Positions 1 through 7,715 of a stretch of 12,710 bases of DNA are shown here, one piece after another. Within the stretch, counting starts at the first letter, position 1; every line of letters starts with the position of its first letter. Below the pieces are notes generated by a model that worked only from the letters and a program-made list of their open reading frames with translations, was not told the DNA's origin and made no database searches. Source of the stretch: a virus (Duplodnaviria; Heunggongvirae; Uroviricota; Caudoviricetes). The stretch is from the IMG/VR virus record IMGVR_UViG_2529292985_000033. One strand, 5' to 3'. A program made the position numbers and the translations under genes.

Positions 1-966
1 ATGACCAATAATCCCCCTTCAGCACAGATTAAGCCCGGCGAGTATGGTTTCCCCCTCAAGTTAAAAGCCCGCTATGACAACTTTATTGGCGGCGAATGGG
101 TAGCCCCTGCCGATGGTGAGTATTACCAGAACCTGACGCCGGTGACTGGGCAGCTGCTGTGCGAAGTGGCGTCTTCGGGCAAACGAGACATCGATCTGGC
201 GCTAGATGCTGCGCACAAAGTGAAAGATAAATGGGCGCACACCTCGGTGCAGGATCGCGCGGCGATTCTGTTTAAGATTGCCGATCGAATGGAACAAAAC
301 CTCGAGCTGTTAGCGACAGCTGAAACCTGGGATAACGGCAAACCCATTCGCGAAACCAGTGCTGCCGACGTGCCGCTGGCGATTGATCATTTTCGCTATT
401 TCGCCTCGTGTATTCGGGCGCAGGAAGGTGGGATCAGTGAAGTTGATAGCGAAACCGTGGCCTATCATTTCCATGAACCGTTAGGCGTGGTGGGGCAGAT
501 TATCCCGTGGAACTTCCCGCTGCTGATGGCGAGCTGGAAAATGGCTCCCGCGCTGGCGGCGGGCAACTGTGTGGTGCTGAAACCCGCACGTCTTACCCCG
601 CTTTCTGTACTGCTGCTAATGGAAATTGTCGGTGATTTACTGCCGCCGGGCGTGGTGAACGTGGTCAATGGCGCAGGTGGGGAAATTGGCGAATATCTGG
701 CGACCTCGAAACGCATCGCCAAAGTGGCGTTTACCGGCTCAACGGAAGTGGGCCAACAAATTATGCAATACGCAACGCAAAACATTATTCCGGTGACGCT
801 GGAGTTGGGCGGTAAGTCGCCAAATATCTTCTTTGCTGATGTGATGGATGAAGAAGATGCCTTTTTCGATAAAGCGCTGGAAGGCTTTGCACTGTTTGCC
901 TTTAACCAGGGCGAAGTTTGCACCTGTCCGAGTCGTGCTTTAGTGCAGGAATCTATCTACGAACGC
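1..966 (+). pseudogene. aldB: aldB 5' fragment (aldehyde dehydrogenase B), interrupted after codon 322 by IS1
   Basis: Translation from position 1 matches my recollection of E. coli AldB up to ...[10 protein letters not shown]. From 967 the frame continues into the IS1 terminal repeat ([26 protein letters not shown]), which is not AldB sequence. Confidence 0.9.
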
Positions 967-981
967 GGTAATGACTCCAAC

Positions 982-1485
982 TTACTGATAGTGTTTTATG
1001 TTCAGATAATGCCCGATGACCTTGTCATGCAGCTCCACCGATTTTGAGAACGACAGTGACTTCCGTCCCAGCCTTGCCAGATGTTGTCTCAGATTCAGAT
1101 TATGTCGCTCAATGCGCTGAGTGTAACGCTTGCTGATAACGTGCAGCTTTCCCTTCAGGCGTGATTCATACAGCGGCCAGCCATCCGTCATCCATACCAC
1201 GACCTCAAAGGCCGACAGCAGGCTCAGAAGACGCTCCAGTGTGGCCAGAGTGCGTTCACCGAAGACGTGCGCCACAACCGTCCTCCGTATCCTGTCATAC
1301 GCGTAAAACAGCCAGCGCTGACGTGATTTAGCACCGACGTAGCCCCACTGTTCGTCCATTTCAGCGCAGACAATCACATCACTGCCCGGTTGTATGCGCG
1401 AGGTTACCGACTGCGGCCTGAGTTTTTTAAGTGACGGAAAACCGTGTTGAGGCCAACGCCCATAATGCGTGCACTGGCGCGACAT
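982..1485 (-). CDS. insB: IS1 transposase InsB-frame ORF (iso-IS1 variant)
   Basis: 167-aa ORF with recognisable IS1 InsB sequence (…[21 protein letters not shown]…[52 protein letters not shown]…). Confidence 0.85.
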   Translation of the reverse strand: MSRQCTHYGRWPQHGFPSLKKLRPQSVTSRIQPGSDVIVCAEMDEQWGYVGAKSRQRWLFYAYDRIRRTVVAHVFGERTLATLERLLSLLSAFEVVVWMTDGWPLYESRLKGKLHVISKRYTQRIERHNLNLRQHLARLGRKSLSFSKSVELHDKVIGHYLNIKHYQ

Positions 1486-1567
1486 CCGACGCCATTCATG
1501 GCCATATCAATGATTTTCTGGTGCGTACCGGGCTGAGAGGCGGTGTAAGTGAACTGTAGTTGCCATG
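1404..1567 (-). pseudogene. insA: IS1 insA, 5'-truncated by the IS2 junction
   Basis: Encodes …[51 protein letters not shown], the C-terminal part of InsA. The Cys-rich N-terminus is absent and the apparent N-terminus of the track ORF lies inside IS2. Confidence 0.8.
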
Positions 1568-1578
1568 TGGATTTGCCC

Positions 1579-2484
1579 CTATATTTCCAGACATCTGTTA
1601 TCACTTAACCCATTACAAGCCCGCTGCCGCAGATATTCCCGTGGCGAGCGATAACCCAGCGCACTATGCGGATGCCATTCGTTATAATGCTCGAACGCCT
1701 CTGCAAGGTTCTTTGCTGCCGTTAACTCGTCTGGTTTGGGCATGATACTGATGTAGTCACGCTTTATCGTTTTCACGAAGCTCTCTGCTATTCCGTTACT
1801 CTCCGGACTCCGCACCGCCGTGTTCTTCGGTTCAAGTCCCAACATCCGGGCGAACTGGCGTGTTTCATTAGCCCGGTAGCATGAACCATTATCCGTCAGC
1901 CACTCCACTGGAGACGACGGAAGATCGTTGCCGAAGCGGCGTTCCACCGCTCCCAGCATGACGTCCTGTACTGTTTCACTGTTGAAGCCGCCGGTAGTCA
2001 CCGCCCAGTGCAGTGCCTCACGATCACAGCAGTCCAGCGCGAACGTGACACGCAGTCTCTCTCCGTTATCACAGCAGAACTCGAACCCGTCAGAGCACCA
2101 TCGCTGATTGCTTTCTTTCACGGCCACTCTGCCTGTATGTGCCCGTTTCGATGGCGGTACAGCAGGTTTTCGCTCAAGCAACAGCGCATTCTGGCGCATG
2201 ATCCGGTAAACACGTTTGGCATTGATCGCAGGCATACCATCAAGTTCTGCCTGTCTGCGAAGCAGCGCCCATACCCGACGATAACCATACGTGGGCAGCT
2301 CTCCGATAACATGGTGTATACGGAGAAGCACATCCGTATCATCAGTGTGACGACTGCGGCGGCCATCCATCCAGTCATCGGTTCGTCTGAGAATGACGTG
2401 CAACTGCGCACGCGACACCCGGAGACAACGGCTGACTAAGCTTACTCCCCATCCCCGGGCAATAAGGGCGCGTGCGCTATCCAC
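1579..2484 (-). CDS. insD: IS2 transposase OrfB (InsD), 301 aa
   Basis: ORF track protein matches IS2 InsD; it overlaps insC in the -1 frame as in IS3-family frameshift transposases. Confidence 0.9.
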
Positions 2485-2807
2485 TTTTTTGCCCGTCCAT
2501 ATTCAACGGCTTCTTTGAGGAGTTCATTTTCCATCGTTTTCTTGCCGAGCAGGCGCTGGAGTTCTTTAATCTGCTTCATGGCGGCAGCAAGTTCAGAGGC
2601 AGGAACAACCTGTTCTCCGGCGGCCACAGCAGTAAGACTTCCTTCCTGGTATTGCTTACGCCAGAGAAATAACTGGCTGGCTGCTACACCATGTTGCCGG
2701 GCAACGAGGGAGACCGTCATCCCCGGTTCAAAGCTCTGCTGAACAATTGCGATCTTTTCCTGTGTGGTACGCCGTCTGCGTTTCTCCGGCCCTAAGACAT
2801 CAATCAT
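2442..2807 (-). CDS. insC: IS2 OrfA (InsC), 121 aa; start taken at MIDVLGPEK
   Basis: [56 protein letters not shown]… is the HTH-containing IS2 OrfA. The track ORF extends 15 codons upstream, which I treat as non-coding. Confidence 0.9.
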
Positions 2808-2953
2808 CTGTACTCCAATGACTAGTCTAAAAACTAGTATTAAGACTATCACTTATTTAAGTGATACTGGTTGTCTGGAGATTCAGGGGGCCAGTCTACC
2901 CACTGACACTACCGGTGAGTTTAACGATACCTTCCATTTGACTGGCTCACTTT

Positions 2954-4810
2954 TTATGATGATGCCGGTGCATTTATCTCCAGCACCAGACTTTCTATCT
3001 CAACGCCATACGCTGCATTTTTGGTAATATCCGTCAGCGTCAGCGCATTCAGCCCCAGTGTCAGACTGTCTTTTATGACCTGGAATGCCGGGCCAGCCAC
3101 ACCATTCAGTTTCGGAGTAACCGTGGCACTGCCGGCGGTGAACACCAGCTCCAGCGTCTGCCAGTCGTTACTGTAATTCCCGAACTCGCCCAACTTTGTG
3201 TTTCCGGCTTTCTTGTGATGCATCAGATTCAGTTTGCCGTCTGTGGTCTGGGTGAAGAACGACATCAGGAACGGGTTACCAGTCCCGGTCATCGCCACGA
3301 CGTCAGGTAACGCTACATCGGTATACAGATAAATTCCCAGACCGAACTGGTTGTTGGTCAGTGCGCCTGACAGTCGAAACTTACAGCTCAGTCTGCCACC
3401 CCGTGTCAGCAGGGAGACTGCGTCATCCACCGGATGCATCAGGGACCAGGTTTTATTGCTCTGCTTGGTAACCTTAAACACACCATCTTCCAGCGCAACA
3501 CTGCCGCCGGTGATGGTCCAGCCCTGCGCAGCAGCCTCTCCGGCTGTCGGCAGCAGGGAGACTGTACGAACGGATGTGTCACCATCAGACGGCCCCGATG
3601 GCGTGTCGCCGCCGGGCGAGGGTTTAATCTCCGGTGCGGTACCGCTGATGAAGGCGCTGGTTCGACCAACTGCGTTCAGAATAGCGGTTGCCAGGCGATC
3701 CGAAATAATGCCCCTGCGCGCCCATGAACTGAAATGTGTCGGACGATTTGACGATACCCAATTACCATTACTACGGGATTGCGCGCCGTAATAACCTGCA
3801 TCAGCAATATCCGGGTCTTCTGCCGGTAAGTTGGTGGGCGTGTTGTTACCGTTACCGTCGGTCATGAACGGCACAAAGAAAACGTTGTCGCTCTCCCTGT
3901 TTTTGTACGCGCCGTAGACGGAGTCATACTGTGTGCCGTATGTGTTTTTCCAGTAATACGTCGTGTCGCCACAAATCCACGGTACAACTGCAGCACTGCC
4001 GCCATGGCACTGCGCGTTAAATCCGGAAAGGTCAGTACGGAACTGCTTCAGCATGGCCGTGAACAGGTCCGGTTGCTGTGCGTAGGTGGCAGCGCTCATG
4101 TCAAATTCGCCCTGCATCCAGCACACCGCCAGCAACACATTTTTCGGGTTCTTCTGTAATGCCGCTTTGGTGCGTGCGATCAGGTCCTGATATAACGGTT
4201 TACCCACACCCCAGCGTGCCGAATCCTGGCTGGCCCCCGTGTCCGCACTGAATGTCCCCTCCGCGCCCTGGGTGAATGCCGAACCACCACGACAGCATGG
4301 TACCAGCAGGATCCCCGCGTTATTCGGGATATACGGAAGCAGTTTTTTGGCAATATGTAAGCCCTGGCCGACACAGCCGTACTGCCCTTTGCTCAGGTCT
4401 GCCTTCGGATGATTCAGTGCGCTCATATCCTGAACATCATGCAGGCAGTGGTCTGCCGGAATGATGTCGTTAAATGCGCATGCTTTACCACCGGGAGTCA
4501 CTGTGTTGCGACGGGCCAGTTGCTTAATACGTGGGTGGGGCGCATCGTAAGAATCCGGAAGCGGAAGCCCTTCACCGTAAGCCATGGCATTGGATTGCCC
4601 GGCCAGTACGATGACGTAGTACCACTCCGGCTCAGTTGCACCACTGACGACCACATCACCTTCTGCTGCAATCGCCTGCATCAGGGTATAAGGGGTTATG
4701 GCCACCGGACTACCAAACGGCTGCCAGCCCTCTTTCAGTTTATGTGTCAGCTTTTCCGCAAGATCTGACGGCGACGCCGCCCTGACAACATCATAGTGTT
4801 TAAATGCCAT
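2954..4810 (-). CDS. nanS-p: Prophage-type sialate O-acetylesterase (NanS-p-like; N-terminal DUF1737-like region plus SASA/SGNH-type esterase domain)
   Basis: Contains the GQSN block (…VLAGQSNAMAYGEG…) typical of sialate O-acetylesterases, at a length (~620 aa) and position matching the nanS-p genes of Stx-type phages. Start placed at MAFKHYDVV (4810), which has a GGTGGAAAG SD-like sequence; the track start at 4825 has none. Confidence 0.75.
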   Translation of the reverse strand: MAFKHYDVVRAASPSDLAEKLTHKLKEGWQPFGSPVAITPYTLMQAIAAEGDVVVSGATEPEWYYVIVLAGQSNAMAYGEGLPLPDSYDAPHPRIKQLARRNTVTPGGKACAFNDIIPADHCLHDVQDMSALNHPKADLSKGQYGCVGQGLHIAKKLLPYIPNNAGILLVPCCRGGSAFTQGAEGTFSADTGASQDSARWGVGKPLYQDLIARTKAALQKNPKNVLLAVCWMQGEFDMSAATYAQQPDLFTAMLKQFRTDLSGFNAQCHGGSAAVVPWICGDTTYYWKNTYGTQYDSVYGAYKNRESDNVFFVPFMTDGNGNNTPTNLPAEDPDIADAGYYGAQSRSNGNWVSSNRPTHFSSWARRGIISDRLATAILNAVGRTSAFISGTAPEIKPSPGGDTPSGPSDGDTSVRTVSLLPTAGEAAAQGWTITGGSVALEDGVFKVTKQSNKTWSLMHPVDDAVSLLTRGGRLSCKFRLSGALTNNQFGLGIYLYTDVALPDVVAMTGTGNPFLMSFFTQTTDGKLNLMHHKKAGNTKLGEFGNYSNDWQTLELVFTAGSATVTPKLNGVAGPAFQVIKDSLTLGLNALTLTDITKNAAYGVEIESLVLEINAPASS

Positions 4811-5069
4811 GGTTCTTTCCACCATCTGAAAAATGATTCTTTAAAATACCTGACATGTAATACAGAAAAAAACAAAACCATACCTTAAATAAAAACCTCA
4901 TCATCAAGCAGATATGCATGGATAAACTACAAGACGAGATATAAACCACCATGCATTTAAATAAACAATAAACAACATCAGAAAAATAATTCTGCTCTAT
5001 GGTTTACAATCAAAAATATCATTTATACTTTTCAGAACATCACCAGCAAGACATAAACAAGGAAACTAA

Positions 5070-5405
5070 ATGAAGTGGATTGTGATTGATACAGTTATCC
5101 AGCCATCATGCGGAATATCTTTTTCAGTCATATGGAGTAAAATAAAATTAATAATCTGGTATCAATCGGATGCTTTCTTACCTCCTGAAAGTATATTTAC
5201 ACTGACTCACACAGGCATCATGCTCAATAACAAAGTGCTACCTGTAACCATTTACAACGTAGTGCCATTCAATAAAACATTCTGGAATTTAATCAAAAAC
5301 AGCCAGGAATGCCCTACAAATACAGATAACGTATTGAATGAATGCTTTAATAACCGTTGCACTCTGCAAATATGTCCTTATGGACTAAAACAACAAAGTC
5401 CATAA
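5070..5405 (+). CDS. Hypothetical 111-aa protein, AT-rich candidate moron ORF, opposite in orientation to all phage genes
   Basis: ATG at 5070 is preceded by AAGGA (5059-5063) with 6-nt spacing. It is the only ORF of 60 aa or more with an ATG start in the 4826-5830 segment. I recognise no similarity; the I/N/K-rich composition could be an artefact of AT-rich DNA. Confidence 0.35.
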   Translation: MKWIVIDTVIQPSCGISFSVIWSKIKLIIWYQSDAFLPPESIFTLTHTGIMLNNKVLPVTIYNVVPFNKTFWNLIKNSQECPTNTDNVLNECFNNRCTLQICPYGLKQQSP

Positions 5406-5425
5406 GGAGTTTACTCACATCTGAC

Positions 5426-5461
5426 AAAATCAATATAAACAGCCCCTCCGGAGAGGGGCTG
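5426..5461 (-). terminator. Intrinsic terminator-like hairpin (9-bp stem CAGCCCCTC/GAGGGGCTG, 4-nt loop) followed on the minus strand by a U-rich tract
   Basis: Perfect inverted repeat at 5440-5448 / 5453-5461. The plus strand has an A-rich tract at 5426-5439, so the minus-strand RNA reads hairpin then UUUAUAUUGAUUUU. Confidence 0.5.
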
Positions 5462-5830
5462 GAGAGTGGCGCTATGTGCCATTGCATGGTGCCGGGTGCC
5501 TCCCGGTAAATTCAGCCTGTCTACTGAATTTGCATGTTCTCTGGATCATACACTTTGCCAGATGCCCCGCCGCTGAGGGGGATTCACCATGCGATGTAAT
5601 TTTTAACAAATTCTCCGGCAGCCAGACAATCATCAAGCTGTGGAATTGTGAGGTATTTAAAAATTTCAACGGGTAACTGATACCCTGCTAATCGCCTGAT
5701 GCTTTCTTTTTCAGCAACGGGAAAGCAACAACCACCACACCCGCCACCAAAACATCATCAGACAGCACCGACATTATCCGGCTGCTGAAGTCCACCATCA
5801 CCACCAGAAACAACAGGAGTGCAACCACAG

Positions 5831-5873
5831 CTGCTTAGAAGGCAATTGCTCTGTCCGGCTGAGCTAACAACGC
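5831..5873 (-). pseudogene. argO: tRNA-Arg(UCU)-like 5' fragment (acceptor, D-arm and anticodon arm only; T-arm and 3' acceptor strand missing)
   Basis: Minus-strand sequence GCGTTGTTAGCTCAGCCGGACAGAGCAATTGCCTTCTAAGCAGC folds as the 5' half of a tRNA with anticodon loop CTTCTAA. Sequence below 5831 has no T-loop or complementary acceptor strand. Gene symbol is by synteny with Stx-phage ileZ-argN-argO and is uncertain. Confidence 0.5.
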
Positions 5874-5887
5874 AGAATACCGATAAA

Positions 5888-5964
5888 TGGACCGCCATCG
5901 AGAACTCGAACCCCGCGCAACCAGCTTCGAAGGCTGGCGCTCTATCCCGATGAGCTAATGGCGG
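5888..5964 (-). tRNA. argN: tRNA-Arg, anticodon UCG (77 nt)
   Basis: Manual cloverleaf: acceptor CCGCCAT/ATGGCGG, D-stem GCTC/GAGC, anticodon stem CCAGC/GCTGG, loop CTTCGAA, T-loop TTCGAGT, 3' TCCA. Symbol by synteny only. Confidence 0.75.
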
Positions 5965-5971
5965 TATGTGA

Positions 5972-6047
5972 TGGTGGCCCTTGCTGGATTTGAACCAGCG
6001 ACCTGGCGATTATGAGTCGCTCGCTCTCACCACTGAGCTAAAGGGCC
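5972..6047 (-). tRNA. ileZ: tRNA-Ile2 (anticodon CAU, lysidine type; automatic tools may call it tRNA-Met), 76 nt
   Basis: Minus strand GGCCCTTTAGCTCAGTGGTGAGAGCGAGCGACTCATAATCGCCAGGTCGCTGGTTCAAATCCAGCAAGGGCCACCA closely resembles E. coli ileX-type tRNA, with anticodon loop CTCATAA and CCA end. Confidence 0.85.
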
Positions 6048-6087
6048 GGAAGCCGCATGATAACGACGCGTAATTAATTCTGCAATA

Positions 6088-7146
6088 TCATCCGTTCTGG
6101 CTGACTAAATCCTGTACTTCCCGAACCGTCTGCTCAAAACGTCCGGTCTCCAGCTCAACGCCAATCGCACGACGCCCGAGCGCCAGTGCCGCTTTTACCG
6201 TTGAACCTGAGTCCATAAAAAAATCTGCAACCAGGTCACCCGGACGACTGCTTGCGCTGATTATCTGCTGCAGCATTTCTGCCGGTTTTTCGCACGGATG
6301 TTTCCCGGGATAGAACTGCACCGGTTTATGTGTCCACACATCCGTGTACGGCACCTGCGCCGTCACACCAAAATACCGCCGCAGATGCTTATATTCACTC
6401 TGCAGCTCCACATACTGCCGATTCAGTGACGTATACGTATCCACCAGCTGGTGGTGGGGCTTTTCCAGTTCACCGCGCTGATGTTTCTCTTCTGCCACCC
6501 GGGCAAACAGCGACTGTAATTTCAGATAATCGCTTTCGTTCGGTAGCTGCCACTGACTGGCACTGAACCAGTGCGACACCATGTTTTTCTTTCCTGTGGC
6601 ATCTGCAATCTGTTTTGCCGTTATCCCCAGGGCCGCGCGCGCATCACGAAAGTAAGAAATCAGCGGGGCCATCACATGCTGTTTCAGTGCACTGCCCTTC
6701 GCCGCATACCCGGCATCTTTCGGACGATACGGCCCCTGATAATGTTCCGCGAACAGAATGCGCTCTGTGGCGGGGAAATACGCCCGCAGGCTTTCCTTGT
6801 TGCATCCGTTCCAGCGTCCGGACGGCTTCGCCCAGATAATATGGTTCAGCACACTGAAGCGTTCACGCATCATGATTTCGATATCAGATGCCAGGCGATG
6901 ACCACAGAACAGGTAAAGACTTCCGGCAGGTTTCAGCACCCGCCAGAACTGCGCCAGACACTGGTCCAGCCACTTCAGGTAATCATCGTCGCCCTTCCAC
7001 TGGTTATCCCAGCCCTCAGGCTTCACTTTAAAGTACGGCGGGTCCGTGACTATCAGGTCAACAGAATTTTCGGGTAACGACCAGATAAATTCCAGGCAGT
7101 CGGCGTTGATTAACTCACAACTGGATATTTTTACAGTATTAAGCAT
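6088..7146 (-). CDS. DNA methyltransferase, beta-class amino-MTase (N6-adenine or N4-cytosine), no adjacent restriction gene
   Basis: DPPY catalytic motif near the N-terminus (…DLIVTDPPYF…) and an AdoMet-binding motif near the C-terminus (…DLVADFFMDSGST…). This circular-permutation order is typical of beta-class MTases. Position between Q and the tRNA array matches Stx-type phages. Confidence 0.85.
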   Translation of the reverse strand: MLNTVKISSCELINADCLEFIWSLPENSVDLIVTDPPYFKVKPEGWDNQWKGDDDYLKWLDQCLAQFWRVLKPAGSLYLFCGHRLASDIEIMMRERFSVLNHIIWAKPSGRWNGCNKESLRAYFPATERILFAEHYQGPYRPKDAGYAAKGSALKQHVMAPLISYFRDARAALGITAKQIADATGKKNMVSHWFSASQWQLPNESDYLKLQSLFARVAEEKHQRGELEKPHHQLVDTYTSLNRQYVELQSEYKHLRRYFGVTAQVPYTDVWTHKPVQFYPGKHPCEKPAEMLQQIISASSRPGDLVADFFMDSGSTVKAALALGRRAIGVELETGRFEQTVREVQDLVSQNG

Positions 7147-7240
7147 GGATCATTAAGCCTGTCTCTGATAGGCTCATTCTGCTTTTGCGCAAAGCAGTGG
7201 GCCTGAGGTTTGCTTGTGAACCCAACGCATGAGCAGATGG

Positions 7241-7267
7241 CTGGTGGGTGCCCCTAACACCCACCAG
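7241..7267. other. Perfect 10-bp inverted repeat CTGGTGGGTG-N7-CACCCACCAG (stable hairpin, no U-tract)
   Basis: Read directly from the sequence; lies in the 150-bp leader between the small HTH ORF and the MTase start. Confidence 0.6.
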
Positions 7268-7283
7268 CCGCCCATTTACCACA

Positions 7284-7310
7284 AATAAAAAAGCCTTCAC
7301 TGCGGAAGGC
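7284..7310 (-). terminator. Intrinsic terminator-like hairpin (GCCTTC-N6-GAAGGC) followed on the minus strand by UUUUUUAUUU
   Basis: Stem at 7293-7298 / 7305-7310 with a plus-strand A-run at 7284-7292. It overlaps the stop codon of the 7297-7494 ORF. Confidence 0.55.
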
Positions 7311-7494
7311 GTCTGTAACAACCGAACTGATAGTCTGCCAGACCCGCCATAACCAGCTGGGTCAGTATTAACTGGCAGCGTTCGCGTGAAAGGTAAGTAT
7401 TCTGCGCAATCTCCCCGACTGTCGCCGGGTCGTTAACGCTTAATTCATTAAACACCACTCTGGCGGTTTCTGTCATATCCTGCTGTTTTAGCAT
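7297..7494 (-). CDS. Hypothetical 65-aa protein with HTH-like segment (…ATVGEIAQNTYLSRERCQLILTQLV…), first ORF of the late transcript
   Basis: Start chosen at MLKQQDM (ATG 7492-7494), preceded by AAGGGAAAAAGAC. The longer track ORF (to 7581) would run through the tR'-like terminator. The motif assignment is by eye only. Confidence 0.4.
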   Translation of the reverse strand: MLKQQDMTETARVVFNELSVNDPATVGEIAQNTYLSRERCQLILTQLVMAGLADYQFGCYRRLPQ

Positions 7495-7614
7495 GTCTTT
7501 TTCCCTTTTCCGGTTAACGTGACACACCAATAACTCTTGTCGAAAAAGCCAGCAAGCTGAAAGACAGGTATTCACCGCCACCAGCGCGTTTACTGTACTG
7601 ACGCGATTTCAGTC

Positions 7615-7638
7615 ATAAAAAACCCGCCAGGCGGCGGG
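7615..7638 (-). terminator. tR'-like intrinsic terminator just downstream of the late promoter
   Basis: Minus-strand RNA CCCGCC-GCCU-GGCGGG followed by UUUUUU (plus-strand A-run 7615-7622), about 45-65 nt downstream of the predicted pR' start. This matches the lambdoid pR'-tR' short-transcript arrangement. Confidence 0.65.
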
Positions 7639-7687
7639 GTGTAAAAAATCTTCTAACGTCAGGCATAAAACGCCCATCGTTAGAGCA

Positions 7688-7715
7688 AATTTACCACAGA
7701 TTCGGGAAAAATCAA
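7688..7715 (-). promoter_or_regulatory. pR'-like late promoter (-35 TTGATT, 16-nt spacer, -10 TAAATT) immediately downstream of the Q-like gene
   Basis: Minus strand reads TTGATTtttcccgaatctgtggTAAATT; lambda pR' has the same TAAATT -10. Located 6 bp after the stop of the 273-aa ORF. Confidence 0.5.

Larger units (their letters stand above)
967..1567 (-). mobile_element. IS1-family element, partial copy (~601 of 768 bp); InsB-side terminal repeat intact, InsA-side end missing
   Basis: 967 begins with the IS1 terminal repeat GGTAATGACTCCAACTTA... The InsB-frame ORF and the 3' part of insA are present; the sequence stops at 1567 where the IS2 end begins. Confidence 0.9.
1568..2898 (-). mobile_element. 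IS2 (IS3 family), full length 1331 bp
   Basis: Ends match IS2 termini: TGGATTTGCCCCTATATTTCCA at 1568 and ...GGAGATTCAGGGGGCCAGTCTA ending at 2898. It contains insC and insD. No 5-bp target duplication is present (flanks ccatg / cccac). Confidence 0.95.

Noticed and set aside
123-923. Minus-strand ORFs of 74 and 152 aa inside aldB
   Set aside because: They are antisense to a well-supported gene and have no independent support.
967-1047. Continuation of the aldB reading frame to 1047 (track ORF 1..1047)
   Set aside because: Residues after ...SIYER are encoded by the IS1 terminal repeat; this is a fusion read-through, not AldB sequence.
2008-2672. ORFs of 143, 97, 66 and 75 aa inside IS2 copy 1 (and their duplicates at 11911-12645 in copy 2)
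   Set aside because: They overlap insC/insD in other frames or on the opposite strand; IS2 encodes only OrfA/OrfB.
2764-3027. 87-aa plus-strand ORF spanning the IS2 / phage junction
   Set aside because: It crosses an insertion boundary and lies antisense to the nanS-p 3' end.
3351-4768. Several 62-146 aa ORFs on both strands inside the nanS-p gene
   Set aside because: They are overlapped by the 620-aa esterase ORF, which has clear motif support.
5472-5676. Overlapping 65-aa (minus) and 66-aa (plus) ORFs
   Set aside because: They start with TTG and GTG, have no SD, and occupy each other's antisense strand; probably non-coding.
4826-5830. Searched for Shiga toxin A and B subunit genes in the slot between the tRNAs and nanS-p
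   Set aside because: No ORF of the right size exists on the late (minus) strand in any frame; stx is absent from this window.
5690-5830. CCACCA-rich repetitive sequence considered as a possible CRISPR or tandem-repeat array
   Set aside because: There are no regularly spaced direct repeats with unique spacers, only low-complexity CCACC iterations.
6330-7077. Plus-strand ORFs of 78, 168 and 74 aa
   Set aside because: They are antisense to the methyltransferase gene.
7139-7321. 60-aa minus-strand ORF across the MTase leader
   Set aside because: It runs through the 10-bp hairpin and terminator region, overlaps the MTase start, and has no SD.
7495-7581. N-terminal extension of the small HTH-like ORF (track start at 7581)
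   Set aside because: The extension would begin inside the leader close to the tR'-like terminator; the internal ATG at 7494 with an SD-like purine tract is more plausible.
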